Positions 8,063 through 14,203 are shown, counted from the stretch's first letter. The stretch is DNA of 64,000 nucleotides from Verrucomicrobiia bacterium (GCA_035489575.1 DATHJY010000011.1:20514-84513); one strand, 5' to 3'. Notes: generated from the sequence alone by a model not told the origin. Translations and numbers: made by a program.

Positions 8063-10560
8063 AAGTTAGTCTGAATTGGATCAAGCAGTTTACAGACGTC
8101 AATATATCTATTGACGAGCTCGTAACCAAGATTGGTGCCCAGCTAGGTGCTGTAGAAGAAGTGACCGATCTGGGTAAAAAGTATCAAGGCATTTTGGTGG
8201 CCAAGGTGATGTCGTGCCAGAAGCATACCAACGCCGACAAACTAAACGTTTGTCTGATAGACGACGGCGGCAAGGCCGAAGGCGTCACTCGTAACCAAGA
8301 CGGTCATGTGCAAGTGGTCTGTGGCGCACCAAATGTCCGCGCCGGGCTGACTGTTGCGTGGCTGCCGCCGGGTGCCACCGTGCCCAGCACGTATGACAAA
8401 GATCCATTTGTGTTAGAAGCGCGCGAAATACGCGGGACCGTTAGCAACGGCATGCTGGCTAGCGCCAAAGAGCTGGCGCTTGGTGACAACCACGACGGTA
8501 TTGTCGAACTGGACACACCAGCAGAGCCTGGTACCTCGTTTGCCGAAGCCTACGAGCTGGACGATCATATTATCGAGATAGAGAACAAGATGTTCACCCA
8601 CCGGCCCGATTGCTTTGGCATCTTGGGTGTGGCCCGCGAAATAGCCGGTATCCAGAACATTCCGTTCAAGAGCCCGGACTGGTACGTGCGCTCGCTAGAC
8701 CGCATAAAGCCTGGTGCAAAAACACTGCCGCTAGAGGTCCGCAACGAGGCTGGCGCCTTGGTGCCACGCTTTATGGCTATTGCCCTAGCAGACGTGCAAA
8801 TGGGCCCGAGCCCACTCATCATCCAGACCTACCTGAGCCGAGTGGGGCTGAAACCTATCAACAACATTGTTGACGTTACCAACTACCTGATGGTTCTCAC
8901 CGGACAGCCGTTGCATGCCTACGACTACGACAAAGTTGTAGCCAAGAGCGGCACCGTTCCTACTCTTATCGCCCGGCAAGCCACCGGCGAGAAGATCAAG
9001 CTGCTCAACGGCAAAGAACCTGTCATCGAAGCCCCGACCGTGGTGATCGCAACCGACAAAGAAGCCATTGGCGTCGGTGGGGCCATGGGCGGAGCCGACA
9101 CAGAAGTAGACGACGACACCAAGAACATCATTCTGGAGTGTGCCAACTTTGACATGTACGCGATTCGGCGGACAGCCATGAAATACGGCTTGTTTACCGA
9201 CGCCGTAACACGATTCAACAAAGGCCAAAGCCCGCTGCAAAATGACATAGTACTGGAAGAAGCCGTTACAACTGTTGCCTATGTATCCAATGGTAGTGCC
9301 GCCAGCCAAGTCTTTGACGTTAAATCACAGCTGCAAAAACCAGCCCCCGTGCAGGTAACCAGCGACTTCATCAATGTGCGACTCGGCTTGCAGCTGCCCG
9401 CCGAGGATATGGCACGCCTGTTAGAGAACGTAGAACTAGTAGTAGAGGTGCACGGCGACGAATTGTCGGTCACGCCACCCTATTGGCGCACCGATATAGA
9501 GATTGCCGAGGACGTCGTAGAAGAAGTAGGGCGCCTGTACGGTTTTGACCACTTGCCGTTGGAGCTGCCCGTACAATCTATCAAGCCCGTCACCCAAGAC
9601 GCTTTGTTTGACCTAAAGTCACAGATTCGTCAGAGTTTGGCAACTGCTGGTGCCAACGAACTACTCACCTACAGCTTTGTGCACGGTGATCTCTTGGCCA
9701 AAACAGGACAGAACAGAGAACAGGCTTTTCAACTGAGCAATGCCCTCAGCCCAGACCTGCAATATTTCCGCCTCAGCCTGACACCCAGTTTGCTCGACAA
9801 AGTGCACCCCAACATCAAGGCCGGCTACGGTCAGTTTGCACTGTTCGAGATTGGTAAGTCCCACATAAGAGGACAGCAGGATCGCGTCGAGCAGCAGGTA
9901 CCCCTCGAACTAAATGCTCTCAGTCTGGTAATTACCGCCGATCCTAAGGCAGCAACAAACCTACAGGGCGCAGCCTTTTACCAGGCCAAACAATATCTGT
10001 CGGTTCTGCTGAAAAACCTTGGAGTGACAGACATATGCATCGAGCCAATTACCGACGAGCTGTCCGACCAGTCAGTCATGGGTATCGTAGCTGCGCCTTA
10101 CAATCGGGCCCGAAGTGCAGTGATCAAGAATCACCAAGGCCACGCCATGGGGATCGTTGGCGAGTTCAAGCCGTCAGTTGCCAAGGCACTCAAACTGCCC
10201 GCACACACTGCCGGTTTCGAAGTAGGATTGCACGCCCTTAAGACGCAGCAGCAATCTTCTTATCATCCCTTGTCTAAGTTCCCTAGTGTTCAGCAAGACA
10301 TTTCGCTCCGAATAACTGCTGACATCGACTATGCGCGTTTGCATGACGAGCTGCAGGCCGGGCTGGCCGAGCTAGACGATAGCCACCTGCAAACTAGGCT
10401 AGAGCCCTTAGACATCTACCAAAAAGATGACGTAAAACACATTACCTTCCGCCTGACAGCAACCCATCACCAAAAGACACTGAAAAGTACAGAGATCAAC
10501 CACCTTCTAGACAATTTGGCCGAGCGCGTTAGCCAAAATCTCGGCGCCGAACGGCTATGA
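8059..10560 (+). CDS. pheT: Phenylalanine--tRNA ligase beta subunit
   Basis: 833 aa. N-terminal tRNA-binding (EMAP) domain, B3/4, B5 and the C-terminal anticodon-binding FDX-ACB domain are recognisable. Start overlaps the previous stop. Confidence 0.95.
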   Translation: MKVSLNWIKQFTDVNISIDELVTKIGAQLGAVEEVTDLGKKYQGILVAKVMSCQKHTNADKLNVCLIDDGGKAEGVTRNQDGHVQVVCGAPNVRAGLTVAWLPPGATVPSTYDKDPFVLEAREIRGTVSNGMLASAKELALGDNHDGIVELDTPAEPGTSFAEAYELDDHIIEIENKMFTHRPDCFGILGVAREIAGIQNIPFKSPDWYVRSLDRIKPGAKTLPLEVRNEAGALVPRFMAIALADVQMGPSPLIIQTYLSRVGLKPINNIVDVTNYLMVLTGQPLHAYDYDKVVAKSGTVPTLIARQATGEKIKLLNGKEPVIEAPTVVIATDKEAIGVGGAMGGADTEVDDDTKNIILECANFDMYAIRRTAMKYGLFTDAVTRFNKGQSPLQNDIVLEEAVTTVAYVSNGSAASQVFDVKSQLQKPAPVQVTSDFINVRLGLQLPAEDMARLLENVELVVEVHGDELSVTPPYWRTDIEIAEDVVEEVGRLYGFDHLPLELPVQSIKPVTQDALFDLKSQIRQSLATAGANELLTYSFVHGDLLAKTGQNREQAFQLSNALSPDLQYFRLSLTPSLLDKVHPNIKAGYGQFALFEIGKSHIRGQQDRVEQQVPLELNALSLVITADPKAATNLQGAAFYQAKQYLSVLLKNLGVTDICIEPITDELSDQSVMGIVAAPYNRARSAVIKNHQGHAMGIVGEFKPSVAKALKLPAHTAGFEVGLHALKTQQQSSYHPLSKFPSVQQDISLRITADIDYARLHDELQAGLAELDDSHLQTRLEPLDIYQKDDVKHITFRLTATHHQKTLKSTEINHLLDNLAERVSQNLGAERL

Positions 10561-12287
10561 AAAAAGCCCTCTGGCTTATCCTGGCCTTTTTATGGGTAAC
10601 GCTGGGCATGGCACCCATAGCACATGCCGGCGTAGACGATTTTGTTGTCAACGATTTCTATGGCCAGTATCGTCTGCATAACGACGTGCATGGGGGCCGT
10701 ATGGAAGTAACAGAATCGATCGACCTGACGTTTTCGGACAACAACCACGGCATCCTGCGTGCCTTGCCGCAGATTAACAGGGGCCATTCACTCCACCTAG
10801 AAGTAAAGTCTGTCAGTCGTGATGGCCAGACCGAGCCCTATTCGTCGTATACCGAGAATGACAACACTGTGCTCAAGATTGGTGACGCTGGCAGAACCAT
10901 CACCGACCACCATAGCTATCAAATTAGCTACGAAATGCAGAACCTCATGGATTTCTACGACGGATTTGACGAGTGGTATTGGAATATCAACGGTACCCAG
11001 TGGAGGCAGCCATTTACCCAGGTAAGGGGCGAGGTCATTTTGCCAGATGGCTGGAAGGCGACAGACAGAACTCCCTCGTGCTATACCGGTCCCCAAGGCA
11101 GTACTGCGCAAAACTGTACACTTGTACCTACCGGTCAAGGGTATACATTCGCCGCAACCCATCCACTTGGTGCGGGCGAAAACCTATCGGTTGCCGTGCC
11201 GATTCAGAAGAGTTTATTTGCTCCTACTACTACGGGTGACTGGGTGCGGCAAAATATTTTGCAGTTAGTGGGGATTGTCGTTGGGCTAGGCGGCGTCTTG
11301 TACGCTTTTAATTTATGGCGCAAACATGGCAAAGATTACAAGGGCAGGGGTGTTATTGTCCCAGAATACAAGCCGCCAAAGGGGCTCAGCCCAGCAGAAG
11401 TTGGATTGCTGATGGACTACAACCTAGACAACCGAGACCTGTCGGCAACCATCATAGACCTAGCCATCCGTGGTTACCTGAAAGTCCATGACGAGGAAAA
11501 GAAACGGCTTGGTCTTTTTACCAAGCATGTATTTAGTTTAGAGGTCGTCAAGGCCGACACCACTGGTCTGAAGCCACACGAGATTGACCTCCTGGGTGCA
11601 CTGTTCAAGCCCTTCCAGGTCGGTACCATCCAAGATATTTCCAAGATAGACAAAACAAAAATGTACGCGGCCGTTACCAAAATTCGCAGCAAGCTCAAAT
11701 CGAGCCTGACCAAAGAACACGGCCTGCTCGAGGAAAGCCCTTCTGGTGCCTACGCCAAACTAATTGGCCTGGCCCTGGTAGCATTTATGATACTTATATT
11801 TACTGGTGCGGGATGGGGATGGCTGATAGGCATGTTGGCAATCATCCTCAGTGCCATACTGGCCATGATTCTGATGCGTCGCCGCAGCCACGCGGGCGTA
11901 GAGGCCTATGAAAAGGTCAAAGGACTCGAGCTGTACATGAAAACAGCTGAAGAGGATCGGCTGAAGATGCTCCAGAGCGTAGATCGCCCATACGCCGCAC
12001 CCTCCAAGACAGTCCACTTGTTCGAGAAACTCTTGCCGTTTGCCATAGCCTTGGGCGTCGAGAAATCCTGGGCTAATCAGTTTGATCATATATACAGTCA
12101 GCCACCCGGTTGGTACAGTGGCAACTTCAGTACATTTAGCACTGTCTACTTTGCGCATAGCCTGACCCAAGGCGTATCAGCCATGAACAGCAGCTTTAGC
12201 GCACCCACTAGTTCTGGCAGCTCCGGCAGCGGTGGCGGAGGTTTCTCTGGGGGCGGTGGAGGTGGTGGCGGGGGTGGGGGCTGGTAG
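10557..12287 (+). CDS. DUF2207-family membrane protein with Gly-rich C-terminal tail
   Basis: 576 aa with a signal/TM segment, an extracellular N-domain, internal TM helices and the terminal SSGSSGSGGGGFSGGGGGGGGGGGW characteristic of DUF2207 proteins. Confidence 0.8.
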   Translation: MKKALWLILAFLWVTLGMAPIAHAGVDDFVVNDFYGQYRLHNDVHGGRMEVTESIDLTFSDNNHGILRALPQINRGHSLHLEVKSVSRDGQTEPYSSYTENDNTVLKIGDAGRTITDHHSYQISYEMQNLMDFYDGFDEWYWNINGTQWRQPFTQVRGEVILPDGWKATDRTPSCYTGPQGSTAQNCTLVPTGQGYTFAATHPLGAGENLSVAVPIQKSLFAPTTTGDWVRQNILQLVGIVVGLGGVLYAFNLWRKHGKDYKGRGVIVPEYKPPKGLSPAEVGLLMDYNLDNRDLSATIIDLAIRGYLKVHDEEKKRLGLFTKHVFSLEVVKADTTGLKPHEIDLLGALFKPFQVGTIQDISKIDKTKMYAAVTKIRSKLKSSLTKEHGLLEESPSGAYAKLIGLALVAFMILIFTGAGWGWLIGMLAIILSAILAMILMRRRSHAGVEAYEKVKGLELYMKTAEEDRLKMLQSVDRPYAAPSKTVHLFEKLLPFAIALGVEKSWANQFDHIYSQPPGWYSGNFSTFSTVYFAHSLTQGVSAMNSSFSAPTSSGSSGSGGGGFSGGGGGGGGGGGW

Positions 12288-12464
12288 CAAAAATAATTAG
12301 TATTGCATATTGTATTAATTGGTTATATAATATATGAACTTTTAGTCGAGCATTGCTCCTAAGGGTGCACATTGACAGATGTAATTCGAATAGTTTGATA
12401 ACTTTTTAGGAATCCTTACTGCTGCAAGCGCTATTGGTTGGATGGTTTTGCTTCGCCATATATT

Positions 12465-12671
12465 TTATGACGAGCCAAAACTGTCCAACAAGACAATAGA
12501 ACTTAGCCGCCGAGCGCCTGAGAAAGTATTAGAAGCGTAGGTTGAAATACGCTTCTTGTGCGTATTTCTCATGGCGATCCGCAGGAAGGGGTGAGCGCTT
12601 GAGCCGGTGTCTGCCGCCTGTGCCGCGATCTGGCCACGCTTGTCGTGACCATTGGTATGGACTTTGTCCAT
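12465..12671 (-). CDS. Possible small ORF (68 aa), doubtful
   Basis: Strong SD (aaaggggtgg) sits 3 nt upstream of the ATG at 12671 (MDKVHTNGHDKRGQIAAQAADTGSS...). The 3' half contains two mutually exclusive perfect hairpins and runs into AT-rich DNA, so the real product may be shorter or the locus may be RNA. Confidence 0.25.
   Translation of the reverse strand: MDKVHTNGHDKRGQIAAQAADTGSSAHPFLRIAMRNTHKKRISTYASNTFSGARRLSSIVLLDSFGSS
12531..12568 (-). promoter_or_regulatory. Pair of mutually exclusive 9-bp hairpins (attenuator-like)
   Basis: agaagcgta (12531-12539) pairs with tacgcttct (12548-12556). The overlapping gaaatacgc (12544-12552) pairs with gcgtatttc (12560-12568). Both cannot form at once. 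Confidence 0.3.
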
Positions 12672-12829
12672 AACCACCCCTTTCTGTGTTTCGATAGAGC
12701 TGGACCTTCTAACGAAGCTCTGGTTCCATGTTCGGGTTCCTCTGGTTGAAGCGGTTGTTCCGCCACTTCCGGCTGACGCCAGAGGAACCCACAGGTCAAG
12801 ATAGTCCTCTCCTCGAAGGAGACGAAAAA

Positions 12830-13012
12830 GTGGCCACATGCACCAATTGCGGTGGTTCTGGCAAAGTTGGTCTGACCAAGCTCAAATGCACTCCGTGCAA
12901 GGGCACCGGCAACATCAGGAAAGAGAACGCCTGCAGTCCATGCAGAGGTACCGGCAAAGTTGGGTTTCCCCAGCGGAACTGTACTCCTTGCAGAGGAACA
13001 GGTCGCCGGTAG
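12830..13012 (+). CDS. Stand-alone DnaJ-type cysteine-rich zinc-finger mini-protein (4 x CxxCxGxG)
   Basis: CTNCGGSG, CTPCKGTG, CSPCRGTG and CTPCRGTG repeats. GTG at 12830 is preceded by GAAGGAGA with 8-nt spacing. The long ORF version starts at ATG 12728. Followed by a 12-bp terminator-like hairpin. Confidence 0.55.
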   Translation: MATCTNCGGSGKVGLTKLKCTPCKGTGNIRKENACSPCRGTGKVGFPQRNCTPCRGTGRR

Positions 13013-13024
13013 GTAAAGGGGGAC

Positions 13025-13062
13025 GTGTCAGTCAAGCGGACGACAGCCTTCTTGGCTGACAC
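13025..13062 (+). terminator. Hairpin after the zinc-finger ORF
   Basis: gtgtcagtcaag/cttggctgacac is a 12-bp stem with one U-G wobble valid only on the plus strand, 13 nt after the stop codon. The U-tract is poor. Confidence 0.45.
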
Positions 13063-13098
13063 TCACCCCCCATTGTTTAAAAAACTACACCGAATTGC

Positions 13099-13148
13099 AT
13101 CTGTCCATCTATCCAAGTCAAGCAAAATTCTGGTTGCTTTGGACAGAT
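13099..13148. repeat. Nested hairpin carrying the GACAGAT box
   Basis: atctgtcca/tggacagat (9 bp) encloses aagcaa/ttgctt (6 bp). Confidence 0.5.
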
Positions 13149-13150
13149 AG

Positions 13151-13180
13151 TTGTGGAAATGTTTTATAGCATGCTATAGT
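13151..13180 (+). promoter_or_regulatory. Candidate promoter with a perfect 14-bp palindromic operator
   Basis: TATAGCATGCTATA (13165-13178) is a perfect palindrome. TGCTATAGT (13172-13180) fits an extended -10. A weak -35 TTGTGG lies at 13151-13156 with an 18-nt spacer. Confidence 0.3.
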
Positions 13181-13666
13181 GAAAAAGCGACGATAGAGGT
13201 AGAGCAACTGCTCCCACCATCGTAGCACTTTGACAGATATATGGTTTGTCTCCCTGAGGCAGTAATGCTTGTCCGCAATAATTTGTGGCCAGCCATTCTG
13301 TCTCATACGAGACTTGATGATCGAGCACGGATACCGACACGTCCCCCAACGTCCTGTTGGTTCCATGCTCTGGAGAGGAGAGACTTCGGTCCGACAGCGC
13401 ACTCCCCCTGCGCAGTTGAAGGGCTTTGCCCGCTCCTCTCCAATCTCGCTTGCTGCTCCAGTCATTGGAAGCAGTACACCTAGTCGAGGTAGACGATCTC
13501 GCCGCCGAGAACGTCTGGAACAACTTCGGTTGTTTTGCCGCTCCACGCCAAGGCACCTCGCTCGGCGAGAGAGATGCTTACATAGCTGTGCTTGCGATAG
13601 ACGCTGTAGTCCACGCGCCTTCCCTGCATCCGGGCAACCGGGTCTCTCTCGTCGCTTTCTAAAAGG

Positions 13667-13740
13667 TCTGGGTTCCGTGACACCTCCGCCGACGCCAGTC
13701 CGCCCGCCCGCCGGCCAGAGTTCTTGTCACGGAACCTAGA
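13667..13740 (+). repeat. Tandem hairpin module U1
   Basis: tctgggttccgtgac (13667-13681) pairs with gtcacggaacctaga (13726-13740): 15 bp including one G-U. The 44-nt loop is C-rich and contains CACCTCC and CCGCCCGCCCGCC. Confidence 0.7.
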
Positions 13741-13763
13741 GTTCTACCAAGAAGGTAACAAGA

Positions 13764-13842
13764 TCTGGGTTCCGGAACATCGTGCTTGCTCAAGCGCCGC
13801 CCGCCCGCCCGTTTGGGTAACACGTCCGTTCCGGAACCCGGA
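13764..13842 (+). repeat. Tandem hairpin module U2
   Basis: tctgggttccggaac (13764-13778) pairs with gttccggaacccgga (13828-13842): 15 bp including one U-G. The loop contains CCGCCCGCCCGCC. Confidence 0.7.
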
Positions 13843-13868
13843 GTTCTCTACAGTTGTAGTACGAGACC

Positions 13869-13960
13869 TGGGTCCCGCGGCTTACTTGCTGCTTGTGCGT
13901 CAGCTGCACCTCCGGCCGCCTCCACACAATCGGCGAGTGCCACACCAGTCGCGGGACCCA
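13869..13960 (+). repeat. Tandem hairpin module U3 (diverged)
   Basis: tgggtcccgcg (13869-13879) pairs with cgcgggaccca (13950-13960): 11 bp. The 70-nt loop contains CACCTCC and GCCGCCTCC. Confidence 0.6.
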
Positions 13961-14073
13961 TCCCTCTCCAAAAGCGAAATCCCCCACCCATATATCTGTC
14001 AGTTAATCAGAATGCAAGAGCCCAAACCTCTCGTGCATTGTGACTAGCACATAATCCACTCTATAACTCTCCT

Positions 14074-14153
14074 AGGCCTCATCCGGCAATAAGCTGTGCG
14101 GTTCAGGACAGATGGTTTCTAGCTGAACGTGCAGATTATTGTCGGATGGGCCT
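14074..14153 (+). promoter_or_regulatory. Long leader hairpin upstream of the RND permease gene
   Basis: aggcctcatccggcaataa pairs with ttattgtcggatgggcct: 18 bp, one bulged C, and two wobbles valid only on the plus strand. It encloses gttcag/ctgaac and ends 50 nt before the ATG at 14204. Confidence 0.4.
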
Positions 14154-14203
14154 TAGTATTTGCTTACGTATGCTAAGCTTTTAGCAATAAGAGGGTCTTT
14201 AGC

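Larger units (their letters stand above)
13231..14001 (+). ncRNA. Candidate large structured non-coding element (771 nt) bounded by a perfect 14-bp inverted repeat; alternative reading is a non-autonomous mobile element
   Basis: TGACAGATATATGG (13231-13244) is the exact reverse complement of CCATATATCTGTCA (13988-14001). The interior is visibly G+C-rich and all six frames give only short Arg/Pro-rich overlapping ORFs. Many long stems are present, and their wobble pairs and UUCG/GCAA loops favour the plus strand. Confidence 0.35.

Noticed and set aside
10021-10040. TGACAGACATATG inside pheT resembling the TGACAGATATATGG terminus of the 771-nt element.
   Set aside because: It lies in frame within a conserved coding region (GVTDICIE), has no inverted partner nearby and differs at a core position. 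It is treated as chance and used only as a caution for the shared-termini hypothesis.
12227-12287. G-rich tract (ggcggaggtttctctgggggcggtggaggtggtggcgggggtgggggctgg) as a repeat or G-quadruplex element.
   Set aside because: It encodes the poly-Gly C-terminal tail that is characteristic of DUF2207 proteins, so the coding explanation is sufficient.
13905-13930. tmRNA-like 3' end (ggccgcctccacac resembles ...GCCGCCTCCACCA).
   Set aside because: No T-arm (GGTTCGAnTCC) precedes it, no GGGG...GATTCGAC 5' end is present, and no tag-peptide reading frame ending in Ala-Ala-stop was found nearby.
13667-13960. Alternative identities considered for the tandem hairpins: integron attC sites, CRISPR repeats, type III toxin-antitoxin (ToxI-like) repeat arrays, replication iterons.
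   Set aside because: attC R'/R'' consensus (GTTRRRY/RYYYAAC) is absent and there are no cassettes between units. The units lack the short direct repeat plus unique spacer layout of CRISPR, and no cas genes are present. No ToxN/AbiQ-size ORF follows the array on either strand. No rep/dnaA gene is nearby, and the DnaA-box-like strings (ttgtggaaa at 13151, ataatccac at 14051) are imperfect.
13118-14047. ORF-track entries inside the G+C-rich element (13118..13546 -, 13164..13556 -, 13269..13739 +, 13426..13662 +, 13480..13683 -, 13724..14047 +, 13786..14043 +, 13790..13987 -).
   Set aside because: They overlap each other in several frames on both strands, are Arg/Pro/Ser-rich, lack SD sequences and are cut by the tandem hairpins. 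The only partly protein-like stretch is the minus-strand MQGRRVDYSVYRKHSYVSISLAERGALAWSGKTTEVVPDVLGGEIVYLD (about 73 percent GC3 by hand count). It could be a gene fragment, so I keep it as a caveat but do not call a CDS.
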